DNA from: Octopus bimaculoides
Lineage: Eukaryota
DNA: 64,000 nucleotides
Assembly (NCBI RefSeq): GCF_001194135.2
Contig: NC_068984.1
Coordinates: 4,227,210 to 4,291,209, forward strand
Reading direction: 5' to 3'
Positions 1 through 12,077 of this stretch are shown here, one piece after another (within the stretch, counting starts at the first letter, position 1; each line of letters starts with the position of its first letter). Position numbers and translations under genes: made by a program. The notes under the pieces were generated by a model that had not been told where the DNA came from, ran no database searches, and worked only from the letters and a program-made list of their open reading frames with translations.

Positions 1-302
1 ACAAACTTTCATTTGGACACCATCACATGACAAATATTCCTCAGGAGTCCAGTGTATCTCTGTGACATTATAGATATTCTTAGGAGTACAATTTATTCCT
101 CTTCTGCCATTCTCCCAGTTCTGTGTTTTTTTTGTATTTTGTTAATTTAATTCTATCACATTATTTCTCTACATCTTACAAATATTCTCAGCATCTTCAC
201 CACCATCATCATCATCACTAGTATCACCATTACTAGAAGCGCTATCTATGACCATGAGAAGCATCTGTATGGTCACTTCACCTGCTAGAAATAGCAACGA
301 AA

Positions 303-536
303 GGCGGCGAGCTGGCAGAAACGTTAGCACACTGGGCAAAATGCTTAGCGGTATTTTGTCTGCTGTTACATTATGAGTTCAAATTCCGCTGAGGTTGACT
401 TTGCCTTTCATCCTTTCAGGGTCAATAAATTAAGTACCAGTTACACACTGGGTCGATGTAATCGACTTAATCACTTTGTCTGTCCTGGTTTGTCCCCTCT
501 ATGTTTAGCCCCTTGTGGGCAATAAAGAAATAAGAA
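303..536 (+). mobile_element. tRNA-derived SINE family 1 (other copies at ~10540-10725 -, 11645-11855 -, 18245-18465 +, 37262-37463 -, 61050-61265 -)
   Basis: A-box-like ggcggcgagctggcagaa, B-box-like gagttcaaattcc, shared body gactttgcctttcatcc..aagtaccag and an A-rich tail. Repeated many times in the window. Confidence 0.85.
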
Positions 537-1444
537 ATAGCAACCAAATCTCAATGAAACCACATCCTGCCCTCTTGTAAAAAGGAATGATACATCAGAT
601 AATGTGCACCTAGATAGACTATGTCATGGCTGAAATATCTTTGAATAAAGGCTTCTTTCGTGATTCCAATCTCAAATTAAACATTTGTCATCATCATCAT
701 GGACGTTGTCATCATCTACCAACATAATTATTGTTAATTATTTGGCTACCACAGTAAATACTGAGTCTTTGAGATTATGTCTATGCCTAATAGATTTACC
801 AGTTTACTTCAGAGGAAAATCTCTTTGGAAATGAATAAACATCACAACAGCACATGTTCTTGGGGGTCTTTTTCTTTTTGTTTTATAGACCAGTTCCGGA
901 AACTTCTCCCACCCCACCATTTTATTGTTGGCAATAATTAATCATCATTACCATCATCATCATCATCATCGTTTAACGGCCGCTTTCCATGCTAGCATGG
1001 GTTACCACCATCACCATCATCATCACAACTATCACCACCACCACCACCACCACCATCACAGTTAGAATAATCTGCCTTCTTTCATCATCATCATTATCAT
1101 CATCATCATCATCACTAACAGCATTATTATCAGCATTAGTACATCCCTCTTGCTTCTCCCTCCCCCCTCTCTCTCTCTCTTGTCACTCACCAGCATCATT
1201 ATTATTAACCCTCTCTCCCTTACCACCATCCACCCCTGAAATCACCCTACATTTGCTGTGTACCTTTTTATGTGTTTATTTACATTCAGGGTGGGGTAAA
1301 TACAAAACTAACTAAACAAACAAGTGAAGAATGCAAAGAGCAGAGCCTGCTGCTGCTGCTGTTGCGGAAACAACTGTGGGGGGGATGGCTGTTGATGGGA
1401 TGGAGGTGGGTAATATGGGCATGTATGTACATGTGTGTGTGTAT

Positions 1445-1493
<49 letters not shown>

Positions 1494-1905
1494 CTGTATG
1501 TATATAGACAGATAGTTAGATAGATAGATATTCTATATTTATATGTGTGTATGTATGCGTGTGTGAGGGAGAGAGAGTGTGAATTCAGCAAGACCAAATG
1601 CTTCCCCTACCCTTCTGTTGCACTCCACTCCTACCCCCTGCTGTCCCCACAGAGGACGCTGCAAGTTATGGGTGTTGCACTGGTTATGATGAGTCATTAA
1701 GAGATAAATTGACACGGGGGTCAACATAACTGTTCTTTTTTTTTTAGGGTGTAGGAGTACAAATCCACATTTACACACACATTTATACACACAGCTCTCT
1801 CATCCACTTACATTACAACAACACAAACGCACACATAAACTCCATCCTATAAATACTCACAAACGTATAAGCATCACTAGGAAACACACACACAACTATA
1901 TGTAG

Positions 1906-1975
<70 letters not shown>

Positions 1976-2189
1976 ATGTGTATACACTTCTTTATCCATC
2001 CAGCATTTTATATAAACACTTCTCAGAGTGTTAATATCACAAACTTACTGGCATACAGTTGAACCAATGTACGTACATACACACGTGAAACGTATCTTCC
2101 ACTCATACATATAGACATGCATATACACCCATACATATACACATACATATAAACACATACAGACATATATATGTATGTATATATATGTA

Positions 2190-2568
2190 TGTCATGGAAC
2201 TCTGTCAGTTATGACAACGAGGGTTCCAGTTGATTCGATCAACAGAACAGCTTGCTCGTGAAATTAACGGGCAAGTGGCTGAGCACTCCACAGACACGTG
2301 TACCCTTAACGTAGTTCTCGGGGAGATTCAGCGTGACAGAGTGTGACAAGGCTGGCCCCTTTGAATTACAGGTACAACAGAAACAGGAAGTAAGAGTGAG
2401 AGAAAGTTGTAGTGATAGAGTACACCAAGGTTCGCCACCACCCTCTGCTGGAGCCTCGTGGAGCTTTAGATGTCTTCACTCAATAAACACTCATAATGCC
2501 TGATCTGGGAATTGAAACCGTGATCCAAGACCACAAGTCCGCTGCCTTAACCACTGGACCATTGTGCC
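2190..2568 (-). mobile_element. tRNA-derived SINE family 4 (other copies at ~10945-11230, 58525-58818, 59520-59640)
   Basis: Minus strand begins ggtccagtggttaaggcagcggacttgtgg...ggtttcaattccc (tRNA head). Conserved central block caagtggctgagcactccacagacacgtgtacccttaacgtagttctc. Confidence 0.8.
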
Positions 2569-2909
2569 TGTCATTTAACATCCGCTTTCCATGCTCACTT
2601 ACATATTCATACACATATACATACAAACAAATAGTTGACCTATAAAACCATGCAAAGCAGGCTGGAAATACATGTATTTTCAACCTGCTTTGAAAATTGT
2701 ATATGAATGCTTTTTATTTTTATTGTCAGCATATTACTGATAATAATAATAATAAGGCCCTGACGAGATGTAGTATCCCATATTTTATAATATGCAAGAA
2801 TCGATCTGGATATTGCATCAAAATGATCATAGGTCATTTTCATTGTTATTATTGTTATAATAAAGNNNNNNNNNNNNNNNNNNNNNNNNNNNNNNNNNNN
2901 NNNNNNNNN

Positions 2910-2948
<39 letters not shown>

Positions 2949-2954
2949 TATATA

Positions 2955-2994
<40 letters not shown>

Positions 2995-4731
2995 TATATA
3001 TATATTTTAATTTATTATATATATTAATATTATCTTGGTTGAAAAACTTTGATAATACAAATAGGTTAATAGTTACCTGGGTAGCAAAAATCACACAAAA
3101 ACTGGGATATTATACCCGGTTAATGGGTAGGAATATGGTTCCTTGACGATGAAATTATGTGTATATACCAGCATCTCTCACTTCTTTGCAGTAGAGTGCA
3201 CATAATTTTTGAAACATATGTAGGAATTAAAGGAACTTATTGATTATATGCGTTTTGCTCCATTTATTATTATTATTCTTTATATATATATAACAATAGT
3301 TGAGAAGATAATGAGTCAATGTCTGTTTGACACCGAAACCATAGAAATTTTTTCAAGACACCCAATCTAATGGTGGTTAATCAAATGCAAGAGCATTGTG
3401 GTAATCTCTGTTTAATTATGGCTAACTAACTGGGATAGTAATAATAATTAGGTAAAATAGTCAGATTGATGACTTTCAAACAACATTTATAAACAGTTAT
3501 GTGTGTGTGTGTTTAGATTGTTGTTGTTGTTATTTTGTCACAAGTCTTCCCTATTGAAGCTGTCTTGTTATCAAAGACCTTCCAACCATGACTATTCTTT
3601 TACATTAGAATCAACATAATGTCTGACGTATGTTGAGTATAAAACTAAATCAGAGACACTCTGCAGAAATTGAATGTGAAATTGTCGCATTGAGCAACAC
3701 AACTTGAATGGTTTCGTAAGAGGGATGTAGTGGTCGGTTGAATGCACGAAGAAGCAGCTAGCATCATCAATATTGTCATCAGTATTTTCACTGATTGTAT
3801 AGCATTGTCATCACTAGCATCATCATCATCGTCGTCATCATTATCTTCCACATTGTCATCATCACCACTGTCAACATTATCATCATTAACAATATCATCA
3901 TCAACAATATCATCATCACCATCATCATTGATAAGGTCATCATCATCATCATCATCGTCAACATCATTTGTCGATACAATATTTAATTTCTCTCAGTTTA
4001 AACATCATTGAATTTTGCTTCTCATTCGTCACCTCCTCCTCCTCCTCCTGCTCCCAATTGATTATGTATTTTAAACTTATCACACACACACATTCTCCCT
4101 CTCTCTCTCTCTCCCTTTCTCTCCCGCACACGCACACACACACACACATACACACAGGTGTGCCTTTACTCAAAATCTAAAGCAAAATGCAAAAATAATA
4201 AAAAAAACTAGTTAAAAAAAAACCATAAAAATTAAGGGAAGAAGAAGAAGAAGAAGAAGAAGAACAGCAAGAAGCGGCGGCGTTTTTGTGTGAAACATCA
4301 GTGAAAGAGGATGTAAATGAAATGTTTAGAGTTAGGACCGTGTTATAGGGCATTATGNNNNNNNNNNNNNNNNNNNNNNNNNNNNNNNNNNNNNNNNNNN
4401 NNNNNNNNNNNNNNNNNNNNNNNNNNNNNNNNNNNNNNNNNNNNNNNNNNNNNNNNNNNNNNNNNNNNNNNNNNNNNNNNNNNNCAGATTGTTAGTCAAA
4501 ACATAGAATCTATTCACTGACCTCTCTGGGGTCTGTCTCTATTGTTTCCCACGGAACAAAGTACTTGTTCCCACAACAAACAGGCAGCCCTTGTTGGTGA
4601 TGGTGGTGGTGGTGGTGGTGGGGAAAGGGTTCAAGGGAGATGACAATAATATATGCCGCTTCCATAATTGTACATTTGCATAATGATGATGATGATGATT
4701 AGGATAATGTTAGTCATGATGATGGTGATGG

Positions 4732-4764
<33 letters not shown>

Positions 4765-5523
4765 TAGCGATAACAACACTTTTATAATTTCACTAAAACT
4801 TTCATTTCATTTGCATGTGCTGTCTGTCTGTTTTTGCTTCTCTCTCTCTCTCTCTCTCTCGCAAATATCTACAGAACGTTTCTTTCCCCCTCCTCTTTCT
4901 TACCCCTCCCCGCACACACGGACATATTAGTAAAGTAATGCATATGTATCATGGTTATGAATTTAAGAAGTTTGTCTGACAACCACATGGTTCTGGGTTC
5001 AATTCCACTGCAAGGCAATACTACTTTGTCATAAATTAGATTACACTACTTCTCTCAAGAAACCTTTGCTCTCTCTCACACACATACACACATGCACATA
5101 CACACACACACGCACACACACATACATACACAGAAACCTGCATAGTGTGTGTGTGTGTGGCTTAAGGATTAGCAGACCTGGGGCTCACAATTGTGAGTTC
5201 ATGAGTCTGATCGCTGGCAAAGGGAAGTAGTTGATGAAACTACAACCTTTGTTCTTCAAACGAATAATTAACGTCACTTACCTGGACATTGTTGCAACTA
5301 TTTATGGAACCAGAGTCAGATTCTTGATTCACCTGAAGTTTTCGGTGTCATATTCAAGAGATGAGGAATTATGTACATTATTTACATTATTTACATTTGA
5401 TGGGCACATGGCATAGTGGTTAAAATTTTTATATGATTCCATCTCAGTTTTACAGAATTGGTAGGATAGCATCCAACTTTGTTTCATGTAAGAAACATAG
5501 TGAAACCAAAGAGTATTGCTGAC

Positions 5524-5975
5524 AGACAATCATCATCATCATCATCATCATCGTTTAATGTCTGTTTTCCATGCTGGCATGGGTTGGATGGTTCGACTGG
5601 GGTCTAGAAAGCCAGGAGGCTGCACCAGGCCCCAATCTGATCTGGCAGTGTTTCTACAGCTGGATGCCCTTCCTAACGCCAACCACTCTGAGAGTGTAGT
5701 GGGTGCTTTTTTACATGCCACCAGCACAGGCGCCAGAGGGGGCTGGCATCGACTACGATTGGATGGTGCTTTTTATGTGCCACCGGCATGGAAGCCAGTC
5801 AAGCCGGCTCTGGCATCAGCCACGTTTGGATGGTGCCTTTTACGTTCCACCGGCACGGGGATCACAACTACAATTTCCATTTGATTGTGATTTGATTTGA
5901 TTTTGATATTGATGTTGATGTACTTGACTCAATAGGTCTCCTCAAGCACAGCATGTCGCCCTATGATCAAGCATG
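5524..5975 (-). mobile_element. RTE-3'UTR-related short interspersed repeat family 3 (other copies at ~12640-13000, 28110-28460, 39700-39975, 41490-41995, 47090-47518, 48208-48500, 58045-58288)
   Basis: Ends in a (GAT)n tail after gacgttaaa. Shares gtgcttgaggagacc and gtggcacgtaaaaagcacc motifs with the RTE 3' end at 34441-34850. Confidence 0.8.
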
Positions 5976-6281
5976 GCAGTTCACACACATGCATTGTACA
6001 ATCTACCTTTCACTCTGAGCGAGAGGCCCTTTGTCACCAGTAGGGGTAGAAGCTTTCTGAACTTTGCCTAAGTCTAATTGTGATCTACAAGAACGTTTTT
6101 AATATTTTCAACCCTTTAGTATTTAAACCAGCCAAAATTTTCCAGCTGTTTTATGTTGAAACCAGACAGATCCAACCTCTCACACTTACCTTACAATGTT
6201 GTTCTAAAAATAAACAATCACATCATCAAAATCTCAAAACTATGAGAAAATGCAAAAGATGAATTCAAAGCAGTATGGATA

Positions 6282-8319
6282 CAAGCTGGTATCAAAATGT
6301 TCCCGAATTTGCTCTGTAGCGCACCAACAGATGGCAGCACACGGTTGCTTACACAGTGAGAGCTAGCAGTGACCTTTGTGAAGCAGGGTGATAAGTGACA
6401 TCGTTGTGTTTACTTTGCAAGTTGTGAAATTTTTGTTTTTGTGATCATGTGTGTGTGCTGTAGTCTGCAATTTTGTCATGGACAGGAACAAAGAGCCAAT
6501 GAGAAATTCTGTGTTAAACTTGGGAAGTCTGCTACAGAGACATTTTTGAGCATGCTTTGGCAAGCTTATGGCAATGAGACAATGGATCGTATGCAATGTT
6601 TTGAGTGACACGGATACTTCAAAAGTAGAAGATTGTCTCTGGAAGACAATGAGAGTTCTGGAAGACCTGCCTGAGTGTCACCCCTGGAAATGTGGTATTG
6701 TGCATGTTATATCCTTATGCCTCCAATATCGTAGTACAGTTGATATTGTCAAAGATAAAGAATACACTGTAACAGTGTTATAACAATACAAAATAGAAAC
6801 AGCAGCAGTAACAAACACGTAATGAACCAACAATCTTTTACTATCCAACAATCAATATTTCCAACACATTAATTCCAATTGTAAACTGTACCTGGACTTC
6901 AAAGAACCAGCTACAAACTGCTGACTATGTCAAACCACTACTGTTTATATGTAGTAGTCCTGACTATTCTTGTTAGAGTGTGTTGTCCTTTTGTCACAAC
7001 ATCTTCCCTTTTAAGATTTCGAGTTCCGAAGGAATAAAAAAATTTTATTTATTTTTTTTTTTTAGCAATTTTTTCGCTTGGACCTTATCTCAAGGTGTTT
7101 GGTCTGGAATTTGAAATTAGGAGTTTGAATTTTTACACAATATCGGCCTTTCCACAGAGTATCAGCCTGGAATGTGAAACTAGGAATTTGAATTTTTATC
7201 CAATATTGGCCTTTAAACAGGACATGATAAGTGTTTTAGTGGTGGTACTTTGGCTGCCAAGCACGCAACCTCTACCAGCTTTCACCACTTTCTCGATAAT
7301 TCGGTGTATGCAACAGGTTGTACTGGGTTACATGTTACCAATAGCACCCAAGTGCAACCTGACTGTAACTCAGTCAACTGTTGTTGTTGTTGTTGTAATA
7401 TTTGCTTCTGCAACTCCTGTAGCTGTTCCTGTTGCTTCTCTTGAAGCTGTATTACTGCAGCTAATAGGTTCTCCATAATTTAACAATTTGTATGACACAC
7501 AAATTGTCAAATAACCTATGTGATCTTCAAAAAATTCTCGTCACCAGATGTTATATCCTTATACCTCCACTATCGTAGTATGGTCGATGTTGTCGACAAA
7601 AGATAAAGAATACACTGTAATAGTGTTATAACAATACAAAATAGAAACAGTAACAAACACACAACAAACCAACAATCAATATTTCCAACACACTAACTCA
7701 AACTGTAAACTGTACCTGGACGTTGAAGACCAAACTACAAACTACGTCAAACCACTACTATTTATCTGTAGTGGTCCCATCTTTTCCCATCAGGGGGTGT
7801 CGTACTCTCTCCACAACAGGGCATCAAGAATTCATCCCCCAGGCCCAGACCATCAATCTAGAGTTCTACTGTAATGTTTTGAAGCATTTGAAGGACATTT
7901 GGTGAAAGTGACTGGATCTGTGGAACACAAAGAATTGAATTCTTTTTGATGACAATGTACTTTGTCACCGAACTCTTCTCGTGAGATTTTCATCAAGATC
8001 AACATGGTATTGCTTCCACATTCACTCTATTTGCCAGATTTATCACCTGCAAACTTTCATCTCTTCTCCAAGATGAAAATGCAGCTCAAAGGTCACCATT
8101 TTAACACCATTGTCAAAATCCAGAGCAAATTACAGAAGCTCCTCAACTCGCTTAGGGACAATGACTTCCAGACCAGATTCCAAAAGTGGCAGGAATCCTG
8201 GGGCCGGTGTATTGCTGTGCAAGGTGACTTTTTTGAAGGAGATGATGTTAAAAACTTGGGTAAATAAGTTATATTTTTATTAAGCATAATTAGTCTGGGA
8301 ACTTTTTGATCTCATCTCA
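6282..8319 (+). mobile_element. Mariner (Tc1/mariner) transposon relic, internally deleted and interrupted
   Basis: TIRs TA-caagctggtatcaaaatgttccc and revcomp TA-tgagatgagatcaaaaagttccc. N-terminal HTH remnant EKFCVKLGKSATETF..MLWQAYGNETMDRMQCFE*..LEDNESSGRP. Catalytic-region GIVH|QEFIPQAQTINLEFYCNVLKHL and YLPDLSPANFHLFSKMKMQLKG...WGRCIAVQGDFFEGD, resembling the YSPDLAP motif. Confidence 0.92.
6705..7818 (-). mobile_element. Miniature non-autonomous LTR retroelement (Gypsy-like, TRIM-sized)
   Basis: Direct repeats 6705-7001 and 7549-7818, both TGTT...AACA. 5-bp TSD GTGCA/GGGCA. Minus-strand PBS TGGTGACGAG (7537-7546) and PPT TAAAAGGGAAGA (7002-7013). Q-rich gag-like ORF 7282-7476 (MENLLAAVIQLQEKQQEQ...). 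Confidence 0.88.
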
Positions 8320-11277
8320 TAAGCATTCATCTGACAGAATAATCTGAATGCTGATTGGTTAATGGATATAGTAAGGTTTGAACCTGTGACTCAGTGGCCT
8401 ATACATGGTCAACTCTTTAACCTCATTCAATAGTCAATTATTGTTAACATTTTATCATACATTGTTTTCACTTTGTCTTCAAGGTTTTTTACTCTTTCAC
8501 ACAACCCTTCCAAAGTCAGTGTTTTGACAACCATTTTTCTTCTTTTAATAATTGAAATAACTCACAGTCTTTTCCTCGTCCTGGTTTTCTTTTCTCTTCC
8601 TCTCTTGTTTATTAAAAACATCACTGCAAAACTTGTAAACTCTTCACTTCCAAACCCAAACAATTTAATACAATTCTGTCAAATATATTTGTTATTCTGT
8701 TGTAATGGTTGATGTCCAGTGAGAGGTTTCAATAGTGGTCTCTACTAACCATAAAATTATAGGTTCATATTTCCTGTGCATGCGTTTGTCACAAAGTAAT
8801 GGTTACCAATTATCGTGTCGGCCATCGAATGAATGATATGGTGGTGCTGGTGGTTGAGTTGTGTTCTGGTTGCGTATTAATGATACACAACACATGTGAA
8901 CAATTAACAGAAGCTTTATTCACTGCACAAAATATTTTCCTTGTTGGTCTTGAATTAATAATACAAACAACAGACCAAACTCACTGGAAAAGACAATTCT
9001 GTAGATATGACAAAATAGAGCTGTTTAGTAAGATTCTGTGAATACACTGTCAAGACTGGAGAAATATCACACTAAATTCTTGACTGCAAATCTGTAGCTG
9101 TTGTTTGCTAGGTTAGAATAAGACGTTATTAAAACAACTGTTAAATGCTGGAAAATGAGAATTTGGTTTTCATGGCGGTGATTCCCAACATTCTGAAATT
9201 TGGCACCCAAAACTCCCCTATTTATGAGACTCGTTAGGAGATGTTCTAGACGATTCTAAAAGGTTGCATCATGTGATAGCTCAATGTTGAATGCTCAGAT
9301 AATTGGCCGATCACACGAAATGTTTGTAACTAAGCCATGCTTTTACTTGGCAATTTGTCTATTTGGTTTCAAATCTGCTACACATTCATATCCTCTGTTC
9401 ACTTAAGTTGATGCCCATCATCCCTCCCTGACTCCTGCTCTGTTGTATTTGTCCCCCCACTATCACGTGACAACTGATGTTGGTGCATTTATGTCCCCAT
9501 AACTTAGCGGTCCAACAAAAGAGACCGATAGAATAAGTACTAGGCTTACAATGAAAGAGTCCTCATGTCGATTTGTTTGAGTAACAGCGGTGCTCCAGCA
9601 TGGCCACAGTCAAATGACTGAAACCAATAAAAGAATATATATATATAGAGAGAGAGAGAGGGGGGGAGAGAGGGAGAGAGAGAGAGGTTGCTAAACCACA
9701 TGAAGGATATACTAAAGGATTTTACAAGAGCAGACATCCCTTTCAGGCAAGAATGGAATAGTAGTTCTGTGAAATGATGATGATGATGATAATATTAGAA
9801 GTGAATATATACCCTTTGTATTTCCAGTGCCCTGAATACCATTTACTGTCCTCAAGTCAAGCTATATACTGACCATGGGCCCAAACACTGTCCAGTTTTA
9901 CGGTGCTTATATAATCGACCGTTTGGTTGATATTGTGTTAATGTTGCTCTGTCAGACCAACAGAGTAGCACTCAGCCTTGCAGAGGCTGTTCTTAACAAC
10001 CGACTGTCATTACCATAGCAACAGGGTGACAATGAAACATTGTGACATCATCATGACTTTCTGTTGTAAAGGTACCAAATAATGGAAGAGCAAACTGAGA
10101 GACAGCTGTCCACTGCAATTGGGCTTTGCAAGAAATGTCTACATAACAACTGTAATGTTCAATCAGCTGACCAATTTCTGCTTTTCCAAAGTTCTATTGA
10201 TTTTGGTAGATTCCATTTTCAGATTAGTTTGGTCTTGGGAATTGGATTTATTGACTTTTTACTGTCCTCTTCCGTGTGTTTATAAAAGTGACCACATACA
10301 TGCATATGTTTGCTTAAACAGAGTGTGTGTGTGAATGCGCATGCGCATGTGTCTGTGTTTGTGTGTGTGTGTATATACACACACACACACACATATACAT
10401 ATATATATGTATGTATGTATGTATGTATAATTCACGTATGAAATATATTTATTCTTTGTTCTTTGTCATTGTCTTCTCTGTATGTAAGAGCAACAACAAA
10501 AACAATGATAATTATTTCAAATTTTTGCCACAAGGGCAGCTTGAGGGAGCTGGAGATGAGTCGATTACATCGACCCAGTGTTAAACTGGTACTTATGTTA
10601 TCAACCCTGAAAGGATGAATAGCAAAGTTGACCTCAGTGGAATTTGAACTCACAACGTAGCGACAGACAAAATGCTATTAAGCATTTCATCCAGCGTACT
10701 AACGATTCTGCCAGCTCACCACCTTCAGCAGAAACAATAATAATAATAATAATCCTTTCTACTGGAAGGAGAAGGCTTCAAATTCAGGGGAAGGGACTAA
10801 GTCGATTACATCGACCCCAGTGTTCAACTGGTATTTAATTCATTGACCCTGAAAGGATGAAAGGCAAAGTCAACCTCAGCAGAATTTGATAATAGTAATA
10901 ATGATGATGAGGAAGAGGATGAGGATGATAGCCTCTCCCAGCAAAGACAGCATAGAAGTGTTCAGCTGTTTTGCCGAACGACCTGCACAAATGGTTTACT
11001 TATAGTGATCGAATGTTCATGTTACACATTAGCTCACTCCCTCCTCCATCAAATCGATGTTACCTGAACAGGTGCACACAGGTGTACCACACATCAGGTG
11101 TCGATGTGATCGCAGAGCAACGTGAGATGAAGTGGTTTGTTCAAGAACACAATGCACCACCCAGTCCAGGAATTGAAATCACAATTGCTTGATCATGAGT
11201 CCAACACCCTAAGCACTAAGCCATGTGCCATCCTTCTTTTGATGACGTCACTTTAATAATAATAATAGTAATAATAA

Positions 11278-11644
11278 CAAGAGCACTCAGTGAGCGCAAG
11301 CCTCCGCCAAGGCAACGCCAACATCCCCTCAACGATTAACCAGAGATGATTTTTATGATGAGAATATCTGAAATAAACTCGACTGCTCTCACAAACGAGA
11401 TTACTAAAAATGGACCCGACCGCTGTCAAAAATTAAGTAAAAAAAAACCAGAAAAATAATCCAGAATCCTTGTCTGGTATTGGATCAATCCCAGATTCTA
11501 ATCCGTTTGTGCCAGTCACAAGGCCAAACATCCCTGAAAGTTTCATCCAAATCCATCCAGCGGTTCTTGAGATATCTTGTCCATGGACAAACAAACAAAC
11601 GTGACTGCAAACAATACTTCTGCCTTCGCTAAGGCAGAGGTAAT
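11278..11644. mobile_element. Helentron/DINE-1-like short non-autonomous element
   Basis: Related motifs near both ends (cctccgccaaggc and ccttcgctaaggc), end stem-loop tctgcctt-cgct-aaggcaga, internal aagtttcatccaaatccatccagcggttcttgagatatc followed by an (ACAA)n microsatellite. Confidence 0.55.
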
Positions 11645-12041
11645 AATCCTTTCTACTATAAGCACAAGGCCTGGATTTTGTGAGGAGGGGAATGATCAAT
11701 TACATCGATCCCAGTAACTGACTGGCACTTAGTTTATTGACCCTGAAAGGATGGAAGGCAAAGTTGACCTTGACAGAATTTGAACTCAGAATGTAAAGAC
11801 AGATGAAATGCCGTTAAGTTTTTCGCCCAACATGCTAATGATTCTGCCAGCTCACAATAACAATAATAATAATAATGTATTTTTGTGCATGTGTAAGCAG
11901 GCTTGGTTCTGTAGTTCAGAAGTTTGTTTTACAGCCATGTTTTCAGGTTCAATCCAATTTCATGGTACCCTGGACAATGAATTAGGACAACCAAAGCTTT
12001 CAGAGTGGATTTTAGTAGAGGGAAACTAACAGAAGCTTGTC

Positions 12042-12077
<36 letters not shown>

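Larger units (their letters stand above)
6108..8362. mobile_element. TTAA-type (piggyBac-like) MITE split by a mariner insertion (left part 6108-6279, right part 8322-8362)
   Basis: Left end tcaaCCCTTTAGtattt and right end aatctgaatgctgattGGTTAA. The halves join across a duplicated TA (6280-81 and 8320-21). Confidence 0.65.

Noticed and set aside
989-4011. Poly-His/Ser/Ile/Asp ORFs from (CAT)n and (CAC)n tracts, also at 22432-23050 and 47795-48044
   Set aside because: Trinucleotide microsatellites that are open in several frames, with no splice or homology support.
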